Part shown: positions 1 to 11,620 of the stretch, piece after piece
Layout of the letters: every line of letters begins with the position of its first letter
How positions within the stretch are numbered: the first letter of the stretch is position 1
Notes under the pieces: generated by a model
Seen by the model: the letters and a program-made list of their open reading frames with translations, nothing else
The model's database searches: none
What the model was told of the DNA's origin: nothing
Program-made: the position numbers and the translations under genes
From: Carcharhinus amblyrhynchos
Taxonomy: Eukaryota
Direction: 5' to 3'
Assembly (NCBI GenBank): GCA_965287045.1
Contig: OZ336877.1
Span: forward strand, 57,722,001 to 57,786,000
Length of the DNA stretch: 64,000 bases

Positions 1-894
1 GCTAAGTCCTGACTGCTAAGTGCCACATCGTTCCAGACGTGTTCTGGACTGGTGTGTTTCCTCTGGCGTTGCTGAGAATCTGGTGTGGGGGATAATATTT
101 GTCAGCCCTTCATCTGCATCCTATTAGTGGGATGCAAATCAGTTTCAAGTTGGCCTCCAGTGGATTTCCCGATCCGCCATGGCGGGCACCACTGGAAGAT
201 CCCACGGGAAATTCATGCCAGTGTATGAATACTGTTTGGGCCTTTCGTCAAATTCAAGTGTTTCTTTTTAGTAAAGAGTAATTAACTTCTTGCTTGATCC
301 AATTGTGATTCAATTAGTTACAATGAAGCTACTGTGAAGATTAGTTGAAGAGAAAGATTAGAATCTTCAAATGTGGTGGGAATGCATAAATTGATCGAAA
401 TAGTTATGCTTAAGGTGAAACAAAAGACAAAATGTCAATTCTCCAGCATCAATTATGTTAAAATATAGAGAACAGAATTTTTCCTAAAGGATTTATGCAG
501 ATCCAGTTCGACTGACTATACAAGGAAAGCATAAAATGAGGATGGAGCTATATGCAACCTAACAGTGCCAATTTAATTGATGAAATTCAAACTTGAAATA
601 TGGTACTCAGTATGTTTTTAAAACTGTAACTAAAGTAAACAGGAGTCTAATATTGAAGTATATGAGTCATAAGCAAATAATATTCACTTATCAAGTTTCT
701 TGCACTATTCTTATAGATCACTTTAATTTTAATTCAAAAATCACTTTATATACTATGTTGCACTACATTATAAACAGATGCAGTATTCACACAAAATGAA
801 GTGAATACATTAAATACATGAATGAATGTCATAAATAAAGTGTTAGCTGAATTATAATATGAAGGATATTCATACACGTAAATCCAAATGCTGA

Positions 895-1063
895 TGCTGG
901 AATCGGAAATCAAAGGGAAAATGCTGGAAAATCTCAGCAGGTCTGACAGCAAAACTCAAGCCTGCTTTGACAAAGAATCATTTAGACTTGAAAGGTCAGC
1001 TCTTCTCTCTTCTTACCTATGCTGCCAGACCTGCTGAGATTTTCCAGCATTTTCTCTTTTGGC
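895..1063. mobile_element. Short Penelope-like element (pLTR) derivative with inverted arms
   Basis: Inverted arms aaaatgctggaaaatctcagcaggtctgacagc (~918-950) and gctgccagacctgctgagattttccagcatttt (~1021-1053). Degenerate hammerhead-like tgacaaagaatc..gacttgaaa at ~968-993. 13-bp direct repeat atccaaatgctga at 882-894 and 1064-1076 (TSD). Confidence 0.75.
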
Positions 1064-1661
1064 ATCCAAATGCTGAGATCAACTTTTTCTGGGATACAGA
1101 TATCGAAAGTCAAAAATAAATGTCTCCACTTTTATAACTTAATAATCCGAGTGTCAGGAATTCCAAAATTGTATTAAATAAAAATGTTTATTACCAAATA
1201 AATATATATCTCTGTATTTATAACATTTTAATATTTCCTGAATTGCTAACATCTACCAGCTCATAAATGGTTTCAATTTTATATTTTTATAACATACTCT
1301 TAATCATTCACTGAAATACTGCCAAGTTTCATTTGTAATTACTCCTGATTGATCATTTTAATTCCCTCCACGCGGGAGAAACCAGGCAGAATAGGAAATA
1401 AAATGGAATTTTTTTTATTAATTACTCCATTTCACACCAGTGCAAATACCTCCCCCATCCCACCAAGACACTGAAGCTGTAGTTTTTTTCTCTGGTGACC
1501 AAGTGGCCAATTACTATCTGGAACTTTTGTCCTATGACTGATATATGCATTTTAATGAGATAGTAAGCAGGGTGTCCAGCTCAGTAAGGTCTGTTGTGGT
1601 AGAAATTAAGGTTTAAAATGTGTGGCCTCTGCTGCCATTGGCATCCTAATTTTCACCTACA

Positions 1662-3225
1662 AACAGGAGTAGGCCACTCCAACCTGATGTGCCATTCAAT
1701 AAGATCATGGCTGATCAGCTTGTAACTTTAACCCTATACTCCTGCTGACCCCCAATAACTTTTCACCACCTTGTTAATCAAGAATCTATTTAGCTGTTCC
1801 TTAAAAATGTTCAAACACTCTGCTTCCATTACCTTTTGAGGAAGAGCTTCAGAGACTCACCACCCTCAGAGAAAACACAATCATCTCTGTCTTAAATGAG
1901 TGACCCTTTATTTTTAGATTCTCCACATCTAACATACCCCTCAGGAGTTTAAAGGTTTTGATCAGGTTCCTCTTACTCTTCTAAACGCTAGTGAATACAC
2001 ACCTAATGTATCCAATCATCCCTCTAAGACAATCTGCTCATTCCTAGTATTAGTTAGTAAACCTTTTCTGAGCTGCTTCCAACAAATTTATATCTTTCCT
2101 TAAATAAGGAGGCCAATACTGTACAGAATACTTTAGATGTGGTCTCACCAATGTTCTGTACAACTGAAGTGTAACCTCCCTGCTTTTGGAATAAATTCCC
2201 CTTTGCACTAAACACTAACATTCTATTAATTTTCCCAGTTACTTGCTGCACATGTATCAGTCTTTTGTGATTCATGCATCAGGACAATCAAATCCCTCAG
2301 CATCTCAGAGTTCTGTGATCTCTCACTGTTTAGATAATAATATTTTTTATTCTTCCGGCTAAAACGGATTTTTCACATTTGCCCATATTATACTCTATAT
2401 GCCAGATTTTAACCCACACACTGAACCTATGTCCTTTTGTAGCCTCCTTGTGTGCCTCCTCTTCACAATTTACTTTCCTACTTATCTTTCTGTAATTTGT
2501 AAATGTAGCAAGCATTTCTTCAGTCCCTTCATCCACGTCATTTGTATAATTTTTTTTAAAATGAGACCCTAGCGCTGATCCCTGTGGCACACCGCTCATC
2601 ACATCTGCCAACCAGAAAAATATGCATTTATGACAACTGTTTTCTTTCAGCCAGCCAACGTGTTACCCCTGCACCATGTGCTTTCATTTTGCACAATAAC
2701 CTTTGATGCAAAACCTTATCAAATGCCTTCTGGAAATCTAAGTACAGGGAAGAAACTGTTCTTGAATTGGGTTGGTATAATGACTTCAGGCTTTTGCATC
2801 TTTTTCCCAATGGAAGAAGGTGGAAGAGAGTATGTCCAGGGTGGGTGCAGGTCCTTGATTATGCTGGCTGCTTTTCCAAGGCAGCTTCCTAATTTAATAC
2901 ACTGGTCCACCTTTATCCACAGCACATTACTTCATCAAATAATTCCAAATAAGTTAGTTAAGTATGATTTCCCTTTCAAAAAACCATGTTGACTCTGCCT
3001 GATTGTCTTGAATTTTTTTTTTTAAAGTCCCCTGCTATAACTTATTTAATAATGGCTTCTAATATTTTCCCTATGACAGATGTGAGGCTACGTGGCCTAC
3101 AGCTTCCTGCTTTCCATCTTCCTCCTTTTTGAATAAAGGAGTTACATTTGCTATCTTTCCAATCAAATGGAACCTTCCCCGAATTTAGAAAATTGTGGGA
3201 AAATTGAAACCAATGCATCACTTGT
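1662..3225 (-). mobile_element. CR1 LINE, degenerate, 5'-truncated
   Basis: Minus-strand fragments SGVPQGSALG, YLDFQKAFDKVLHQRLL and EYNMGKCE; CR1 3' UTR ccattcaataagatcatggctgatc near 1692. Interrupted by a Rex1 fragment. Confidence 0.9.
2748..2885 (-). mobile_element. Rex1/Babar LINE fragment nested in CR1
   Basis: CLGKAASIIKDLHPP...QFKNSFFP is the Rex1 C-terminal motif; CR1 sequence resumes on both sides. Confidence 0.8.
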
Positions 3226-3489
3226 AAAACCCTGCCAGCCTATTGCCTCCCATGCTGCCTCTGCTCCTCTGATGACTATCAGGAGTGCCAACCAGCTTTC
3301 ATATTCAATTTAATTTAATATCCCACCCAATTTTTCATGTAAATGATGGAATGGAAAACAGGTCAGTTTATTGCACTTCTGACAATTTGAATTTCAGCAC
3401 CATGTCCCCAGAAGAATGTCCTGGTGTTAATATTCCTCTGTCATAGTGATATGATTCTTGGCCAGATCCTCAGATACCGACGCTATAGA

Positions 3490-3995
3490 TAAAAAAAGCC
3501 CACAATGCTTCTACTTTCTATAGATGCACTGTAGAAAGTATCCTTTCTGGTTGTATCACAGGTTATACGGCTCCTGCTCTTGTCCAAGGCTGCAAAAACT
3601 TCAAAGGGTCATGAACAAAGCCCACTCCATCACACAAACCAACCTTCCATCCGTTGACATTGTCTGTACTTCTCATTGCCTTGGAAAAGCAGCCAATATA
3701 ATCAAGGACCCCACGCACCCCGGACATACTTTCTTCTACCTTCTTTCATTGGGAAAAAGATACAAAAGTCTGATGTCACGAACCAACCAACTCAAGAATA
3801 GCTTCTTCCCTGCTGCCATCAGAATTTTGAGTGAAGCGACCTCATATTAAGTTGATGTTTCTCTACACCTTAGCTAAGACAAACACTACATTCTGCACTG
3901 TCTCCTTTCCTTCTCTATGTACAGTATGCTTTGTCTATATAGCACGCAAGGAACAATACTTTTAACTATGACAATAATAAATCCAATCAAATCAA
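3490..3995 (+). mobile_element. Rex1/Babar LINE 3' end
   Basis: ORF 3524-3850 KLQRVMNKAHSITQTNLPS...KDPTHPGHTFFYLL...KNSFFPAAIRIL; aataaa followed by an (aatca)n-like tail at ~3977-3995. Confidence 0.88.
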
Positions 3996-6232
3996 AGAAC
4001 AATGTGGGCATGGGGGTTGATCTTGATTAAAGCAGTAAAGGTTGAGAATTAAGACAGCCCCTTTTGGAATAAAGTCACAAGGTTCCATGGATTTTAAACA
4101 GTTAGAAAATAAAATAATTTACATTATCTATCATATTCTTAACTCCAGAATCTGCATGAGGTACATGTGAATTAACAGGGAAACTATGGTCACACACTCA
4201 TACTGTAAATTAAACAGCTAGATAAATTTCATGGATTTCTCAAGACCCGACTGAGCTGTCAGTAAATTCCAAGTCAAACTCTTGTCTGAAGAGGAATTCC
4301 GAGCTTCAGCTTTGAAGATCTTGCCTTGGAATGCTCTTTAAATGTCGTTCCCACTCGACAACTTTAAAGATGGCCCACCTCATAGGGTTTCAATTCCACC
4401 TTCAAAGATTCCTTCTCCCTGGATTCCTAAGTACACTCAACATTAGCTTACAAGCCCACTTTCAGATCAATGCTGTGTCAAGTAGAACATCACTGATTCA
4501 ACAAAGTGCCTTTGCTCCAACAGCCCCTTCCTTAAGTTCTGCTTCTGTCTCTTTTGTCTTTGTGACACTTGTTAGCTGGCAGATTGCCTCAAACTCTCTG
4601 CTTCATGTAAGTTGTTAATGGGCCTTTGAACTGATCTGGTAACCTAAAAAGCACCCTCAAAGAATCCCACCCTTGTCATTAGGCAGGATCCAAAGAAACA
4701 AGCATTGGAACATGCTGTAGCTTTTCTGTTACAATCCACACAGGTTGCTAATTTCACATGCAGGGGCACCACAAAGTAAATTCATATGTGGTCAAATACT
4801 GAATGGTTGCCCAAAAATATTTGCATCTAATATCTTTTCAACCTTTATCCCATTGAGAATAGTTAAGTCAAATTATTTTGTTCAAAATATACATTGATGT
4901 AGTTTTGTTGGGCCAATGCCTAAGGACTTCTAAAAGAAAGAATGCAATTTATTGCACGCTAGCTTGAAAACAGTGATGGGTGTTCCTGTCCTTTCATTTT
5001 CTGAGCATCAAAACCTACTGCTGTTAACAACATTGAAAAAGTAGCACTTTACTTTCCCAGTGGCACTAAGTAAGTTCTACACAATATGGTATTAATATGT
5101 TTTATGCAGCACACAAATGATGTCTGGACTTCATTCCCATGGGCTGACAGGGTCAGGAAACCAACAGGAAGATCATTAACTAGAAGTGCATTCACATTCC
5201 ACTGCATACCTGAGTTACTTACCCACCAGGAATGAAAGAAAAGGCAATGACAGGAAAATAATTGAATTACTAAAAATGCATGAAGAGTAAGATAGGATAA
5301 AGTTTTAAAGCAAACTAAATTAAAAGGCATGTCAGGAGAGGATTTTATTTTTTCAATTTTATGGATTTTGTTTAGTAATTTAACATCTTTTATTTTGCCT
5401 CTCCAACCTTGCGACTCCATATTACATATGGAGCCAACTCCAAATCAGTGGTGGAGAAACTTTTAGAGATACAAAATGGACCAGTAATGCTGAGCACTAG
5501 AATAACCCAAAAAAACTGACAATAGGTTTGAATTTATGTTTGGCTGCAGCAAGTATTTAGTTTATGAATAGAAGCAGTTGGATGTTTAAAAACATTTCCA
5601 GGAGTGAAGTTTCAAGGTCCATCGTTGCAATTGCTTTTTTATTTTTGATCTACGGTGGTCCCTCCAGAATCACTCATTCATTCATTCATTTATCATGTAT
5701 GCTCTGTCCAAAGGCAGATTTTGGGTTAATTGCCTGTTGTTGCTTCGTCTCGAACTATTTTCTTGACAGCTTTTGCCAGTGGTGGTTTGTCATTGACAGG
5801 CTGTCAGGAGGATGGATTGCTCCCACCTCCACTCTCCCAGCCCTACATTGTTTATTTAACTGAATAGCAATTCTTCAAGACTCCAAGCTTCTGCAGTGAG
5901 GCAGTTAGGGACTTGTACCTGCAGCTACCCTCTAGGCAAGCATGACAGAGCCAGTTGAAAGAAAGGTAACTGTGTATTTTTGCCTCTGGCTGTTTCCAAG
6001 CTGCCAAAGGGGCATGATTAATGAGCTGTGCTGCAGTCGCTCAAGTACCCACCAGGTGACTAATGTTTTTCTTGATAGGTAACTAGCTTTGGGGTTTCTA
6101 GAGATTGTTTCAAAGATACAGGAATTATTTATACCATTCCTTTCTTCATATTCATTCATGGGATGCGACTCAACAGCAGCTTCACAATGGCTGCTGTGAG
6201 ATTACTGCAGATTTGAACAAGCACCTGAGAGA

Positions 6233-6437
6233 AATGGAAGCTAAAGTGCGCAGGGCTGCACCACGTTTCACCATTGCCTCTCTGGATGGTGAGTGTGTGG
6301 TGTTGTTTCTGGAGAATAGACTGAGCAAACTGACCAGCGTGACCAAGCAGGCATGGCAGGAGGGAGCTGAGGTAGTCATCAGTTACAGTGTGATTAACAG
6401 GACTGGAAAACAGTGCAGGAAGGGCTTTAATGACTGA
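6233..6437 (+). pseudogene. Harbinger (PIF/Harbinger) Myb/SANT-like DNA-binding protein remnant
   Basis: MEAKVRRAAPRFT...TKQAWQEGAEVV...RTGKQCRKGFND resembles the Myb/SANT (MSANTD-type) domain of Harbinger accessory proteins; premature stop follows. Confidence 0.65.
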
Positions 6438-6696
6438 GGATTGGGAAGATGTGTGCCTGGCAACTCTCACTTTGCCTCTCAGCTCCTTACAGTCTCCGAG
6501 AAGGCTGCAGGACACATTATTTGCAACAACACAGGAAATGGTCTCACAAGGTCCCATCATAATCCTTCACATATTCATATTGTGAGTTTACACTCATCCC
6601 TAAAAGCATGACCACGGACACCTCAATCTACAGTGAGGTCCAACAAATATTGCATCACCTTGTATCTTTCATGTTACTAGCAGTCTTCTATTTCTA

Positions 6697-7070
6697 TAAG
6701 ATCATAAGAAATAGGCGTAGACCTAGACCATTCGACTCATCAGTCCTACTTCTGCCATAAGATCATGGCTGGTCTGATTGTGACCTTAACTATAACTTTT
6801 CTGAATGCCCCACACAATGCAAGACTTCCCTGGAGATAAACAATCTGTCAAACTTGACCTTAATTATATTCAATGACCACTGCTCTCGGTGGAAGTGAGT
6901 GCTGATGATAAAGCAATGTTCCAAAAGCTTGTGATCCCAAATAAACCTGTTGGACTTCAACCTGGTGTTGTGGGCCTTCTTACTGTGTCCTTGTATTATA
7001 ACTTTCTGAAGTCTCTCATCATTCAAATAATATTCTGTTTTTCTATTCTTCCTGCCAAAGTGTTTTCTCA
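6697..7070 (-). mobile_element. Fragmented old CR1 3' part
   Basis: cataagaaatagg tail and aagatcatggctg; KHFGRKNRKTEYYLNDERLQK on the minus strand. A PLE fragment sits inside it. Confidence 0.7.
6890..6987 (+). mobile_element. PLE pLTR fragment with degenerate hammerhead motif
   Basis: ctgatgataaagcaatgttccaaaagcttgtg followed by aaataaacctgttggacttcaacctggtgttgt; same family as 34256-34420, 43138-43293 and 61960-62190. Confidence 0.7.
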
Positions 7071-7377
7071 CATTGGGGTAGTACGGTGGCACAGTGGTTA
7101 GCACTGCTGCCTCACAGTGCCAGCACTGAGCCATGCTCCCATGACCCTTTCTGATGTGAAACGCTGAGCAGAATTTGATTTAAAGAGACCTAGAAATAGT
7201 GGGAATGCTGGTAATATCAGGCTTTACTGTGGGTCTTTAACACAGCCTTGCCCTGTCTACAGCATTCTACTTTGGAGTTTCCCAACCAGAGAGAGTGGAT
7301 GCAATGATACACTGAACCACTGGAGGAAGGATTTCTAATTAAAAAGACCCCAGTAGGTGTCAGAATGGCTGAATGTT

Positions 7378-7723
7378 TACTTTATTCCAATCCAATCAAG
7401 TCAAATTAGATCCAACTGAGACATTCCTGATCCAAGCTGATAAGACAGGGCTCTCACCTCCTGTCTTGGGCTTGATCTACATGATCCAAGCTGATTGGAG
7501 TAGGTGTAGCTCCTCCTCCAAGGCTTGATCTTATTTGCATCCTAGCCAAAAGGCTGAGATGTTGCTTGAAAAAATTGCTTCAAATGAAGCTAAAATGTAA
7601 CCTAATGACTTCAACCAAGTGCAGCAAGTCAATACTACACTTGATCTTAGCCAAAAGGCTGAGAAGTGATCCTGTCCCACCCAGTGGGATGTTACAATGC
7701 CACTGATCATGGTTTCACCCCAA
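7378..7723 (-). mobile_element. U2 snRNA-headed retroposed element (SINE-like or Keno/Utopia-derived non-autonomous element)
   Basis: Reverse complement of 7632-7670 is atcacttctcagccttttggctaagatcaagtgtagtat = U2 nt 1-39 with two CpG-type changes. Second U2 piece at 7542-7559. Minus-strand AATAAA at 7381-7386. 14-bp direct repeat aatggctgaatgtt at 7364-7377 and 7724-7737. Confidence 0.75.
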
Positions 7724-8059
7724 AATGGCTGAATGTTATATTAGTTCCTCAGCCTTCAGCAAACACAGCAATGAACAGGATACATGGGACAATTGCCTCT
7801 AATATCTCTGACTCTCACCTGAAGGTCATGCTATGAGATCTGAGGACCTGAAAAGAGGTCATGTTTGCCAGAGATAGGTGGGAGAGGCCAGCTTTCCAAA
7901 TTAAGGTGTTGATGGAAGTTGTTGACTAAGTGAACATGGTCCCTGAAACTTGCAGAGTGTGCACAGAGATTCGAGGACTTCGGCAGGGGTGGGTGCTTAC
8001 AGGGCACAAGTCATTTAACACCTATGGGTGTGTATCCTCACACCTGCAGCACAAGTGAT

Positions 8060-8272
8060 TCCAGTTTTGGGTTGCTGTGTCGAGTTTGCACATTTTCCCC
8101 ATGCCTACATGAGTTTCCTTCTGGTGCTCTGATTTCCCCGCAACAGATATGTGGATTAGATGGATTGGCCATACTAAATTTCCCCTTAATGCCTCGAGAC
8201 GTGTAGGTTAGTGGGGTAAATATGTGGGTTGATGGGCTGAATGGCCTCCATCTGCACTGGAGGGATTCTATG
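8060..8272 (+). mobile_element. HE1/V-SINE-type SINE, degenerate
   Basis: gagtttgcacattttcccc...gtttccttctggtgctc core; ggattggccatactaaatt...gggattctatgat tail. Confidence 0.75.
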
Positions 8273-8284
8273 ATGTCAGCCAGG

Positions 8285-8900
8285 ACCAGTCATGAAAGTC
8301 TAAGTTTCTTGGAGGCAATGGTACTCACACCTATTGAGAAAACCGATTTTATCTCTGCCTCAACAACCAATCTTGGGAGTCTCAAGTCCTTCTTGGCTGA
8401 TTTATGTGTCCATTCTCATAGTCTTATGGGATATCTTCGTGAACTTTGTGCCCTGAATAAATCTTCTATTGGGTAATCATCCCCATTATGTATCATGGTA
8501 TCACCCAAAGTTTAGACATTGGCATCAACGAAACCTAGTCATTTGACAGTGTTCTGCACATCCATACCTATCACAGCAAAGATTGAGACACTGATTTGGT
8601 CTCTTGTCAGCAGTGGAAGGTGCACTTTCAAAAGTTTCACAGTTCCAAAAACAATAGTCTGCCACTCATCAAGATTCTTTGCACCAATAATGATGTCAAA
8701 TACCAGCATTGCACTACAAGTAGAACAATTGCTACCCAAAGCTTTACCAGACACATTGATGTTGACATGCATGAAGTCACTAAGTCATCATCTATGAAAC
8801 AGCAGAAGCATCATTTGGTAAAGGAAGAACCCACAACAATGATTGGTTTGAGACCAACTCAACTGAAATGACACCCGTCCTTGATGCAAAAATATAAAGC
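8285..8900 (-). mobile_element. Possible Gypsy LTR-retrotransposon pol remnant (RNase H/integrase region)
   Basis: Only weak frameshifted similarities by eye (KPII, SGKAL, KIYSGH). Confidence 0.3.
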
Positions 8901-8911
8901 CTACCTAATGC

Positions 8912-9155
8912 AGGGAAGGTAGTGGCATAGTGAAAATGTTGCTGGACTCGTAATCCATGGTAATGTTCTGGGGGCCTAGGTCTGAATCCTAGCACAGCAG
9001 GTGATGGAATTTGAATTCATTTTAAAACAATCTGGAATGTAAAAATCTAGTGATGGGGAAGAAATCTCCCCTCCTTACCTGGTCTACATATGACCCCATA
9101 CCCACAGCAATGCCCTCTGAAATGGATGTTGTATTCAGTTGTATCAAACCACTAA
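8912..9155 (+). mobile_element. Deu-domain SINE (SacSINE1-like), degenerate
   Basis: tRNA-like head gtggcatagtg...ctggactcgtaatcca...gaatcc, then ggaatttgaattca and ccttacctggtctacatatgac; same family as 47788-48145 and a fragment at ~15230-15350. Confidence 0.7.
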
Positions 9156-9329
9156 AAAGTCCTGTTTCACAGACCCAGCAGTGGAAGGAGGCAGGGTGAT
9201 GTCCTGGGAGTCCTCAAACTCGACTCCAGACCTGATGAACCCTCATGGCATTAGGCAATTACCATATACTGTCCCCCCTCAGCTGAGGAATTAGAGGAAG
9301 CATCAAAGGCACAGGATGTATTCTGGGCA

Positions 9330-10620
9330 TTAATGTCTACACAGTCTTGTCTTCACATTGAGGACACCCTGCATGCATGTTGTGGGGCACTACCACCATC
9401 AAATATCAGAAAAGCTGCTCCCCTGTTCTCCAATCATGGCTGTCAATTTGAGAATTACAGCCACTCAGGGTTGCATATTCCCACTATGAGTTTTGTGTCA
9501 TTGAACAAGCTGATTTTTGACCTACTTTGGACACATGGGATCCAGATTCTTTCCATCTCTGCTACCATTCACCTTCAGCTTGACAAGTTTTTGTTATTCT
9601 GAACAAATGGTTGCAAACTCCTCCTATCATTGTCAAGATGCTGCACTCCAAGGAGAGCTTTGGTGTGCTATTGAAGCGTTTGCTTTGTCTTTTCCTCAAA
9701 TATTAGCCACATGAGAGTTGAGTAAAGAGGATCTGGTGGCAGAGACACTTTTGGCATTGTGAATGCAATGTCAATCTTTCATAGCTGACTTTGCAGGAGT
9801 TTTGTTCAAATAAGAACATAACATAAGAACATAAGAAATAGGAGCAGGAGTAGGCCATCTAGCCCTTCGAGCCTGCCCCGCCATTCAATAAGATCATGGC
9901 TGATCTGTTGTAGCTCAGTTCCACTTTCCCGCCCTCTCCCCATAACCCTTAATCCCCTCTCTTATCAAGAACCCATCAACCCGCTTCTTAAAAATATTTA
10001 GCGAGGCAGCCTCCACCACTTCAACGGGCAGAGAATTCCAGAGATTCACCACCCTTTGAGTGAAGAAGTTCCTCCTCAACTCCGTTCTAAACCGCCTCCC
10101 CTTTATCTTGAGGCTGTGCCCCCTAGTCCTACTGTCTTTTTTGAGCGGGAAGAGTCTCTCCACCTCTATCCTATCCATCCCATTCATCATCTTATACGTC
10201 TCAATGAGATCTCCCCTCATTCTTCTAAACTCTAACGAGTACAAGCAAATGGATTTGTGCAGCTGCTTTTTGGAAAGACCCCAACATTTATGCAACTGGG
10301 CCTTCCATTGAAGCTGGAGGATGTGAGAGAGACATTACTGATGAAATCTTTCTAGCACTTTTACACTTGATATGCTATTTAGGTCCTACAGGAGTATGAT
10401 GTCAACAGCTGCTCTGTACACCAGCACTTCTCTTGACTTGCTGTAGTCAACTCACAGCCATAATTTGAAGAAGGTGAACATGCATAGCAGACCCAGCTTT
10501 GGATCTCCTCCTCAGTGCTGGCCTTTCTTGAGACGTGACTGCCAGGGTATGGGAAGTGCTCACCATATTCCAGAGTCTCTCCTTCAACATGTATGGGAGG
10601 TGGAATATTTAGTTGACTGA
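9330..10620 (-). mobile_element. RTE-clade LINE remnant
   Basis: PPPIHVEGETLEYGEHFPYPGSHVSRKASTEEEIQ matches the RTE RT C-terminal pattern (F.YLGS...I..EI); split by a young CR1. Confidence 0.7.
9812..10246 (-). mobile_element. Young CR1 LINE, 5'-truncated (~435 bp)
   Basis: Intact C-terminus LYSLEFRRMRGDLIETYK...GYGERAGKWN*, (aagaacat)n tail, caaat duplicated on both flanks; nearly identical to 48664-49099 and 56032-56462. Confidence 0.95.
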
Positions 10621-10999
10621 GTGTGGGTGGCATGGTGGCACAGTGGTTAGCACTGCTGCCTCACAGCACCATTAATTACAAGGCAACTTGTAATACAGCT
10701 AATTGGGCAGTAATGACAAAAACTGAATATATGCCATGGCCGGGGTGGTTGAAGCACAGAGCAATATCAATTACTAGAATGTCTGCTGGAATTTTAAAAA
10801 TCCTGACCACGCATTTTCAGAGTTCATCACATTGATTAGTTTGAGTTCTACATAATTGGGTTAAGCAGATGTGATTTAATCAATTGGATAAAATTTCCCA
10901 ATAATTAACAGCAAAGTGCACATTTTCACAGCATTTTCCTTTTGGGCTAGAGGAACAGTTACATTTGTTTTCTACCAGCAGAATCTGACATTCCTCCTA

Positions 11000-11287
11000 A
11001 CTGGCTAGCACTGCTGTCTCATAGTACCAGTGACCAGAGTTCAATTCCTGACTTGGGTCACTGGGCAGAGTCTGCACATCCTCACCTCGTCTGTGTGGGT
11101 TTCCTCCAGGTACTCCGGTTTCCTCCCACAGTCCGAAAGATGTGCTGATTAGGTGCATTGGCCATGCTAAATTCTTCCTCAATGTACCTGAACAGGTGCC
11201 AGAGTGTGGTGACTAGGGGATTTTCACAGTAAATTCATTGCAGTGTTAATATAAGCCTACTTGTGGCACTAATAAATAAACTTAAAC
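11000..11287 (+). mobile_element. V-SINE (tRNA head + V-domain + alternative tail)
   Basis: tagcactgctgtctcatagtaccag...gttcaattcc head; gggtttcctccaggtactccggtttcctcccacagtcc core; tail ...cctacttgtggcactaataaataaac. Confidence 0.85.
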
Positions 11288-11337
11288 ATCCAGTACTCTT
11301 GTGATTTACTGGGGAAAGGGCAGTTTAACGTTCCTTT

Positions 11338-11620
11338 TAGAATCCTAAAGTGTGGAAGGAGGCCATTTAGCCCATCAAACCTGCACAGACAGTCTCACCC
11401 AGAGCTTATTCCTGCAATCCCACGTATTTCTCCTGCTAATCCACTTGACACTGAGGAGTAACTCAGCATGGCCAATCTACCTAACATGCACATCTTTGGA
11501 ATGTGGGAGGAAACTGGAACACCCAAAGGAAACCCACACATAGATGAACGCCACACAGTCACCCGAGGTCAGAATTGAATCAAGGTCACTGGCACGATGA
11601 GGCAGCACTAACCACGGTGT
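11338..11620 (-). mobile_element. HE1-type V-SINE
   Basis: catggccaatctacctaacatgcacatctttggaatgtgggaggaaac core; gaggcagcactaaccac head (antisense). Confidence 0.85.

Noticed and set aside
7075-7125. tRNA gene-like sequence (also at ~10625, 43529 and 47790)
   Set aside because: These are tRNA-derived SINE heads without a complete cloverleaf.
7632-7670. Functional U2 snRNA gene
   Set aside because: Only nt 1-39 are present, with substitutions and no Sm site or 3' stem-loops; it is part of a retroposed element.
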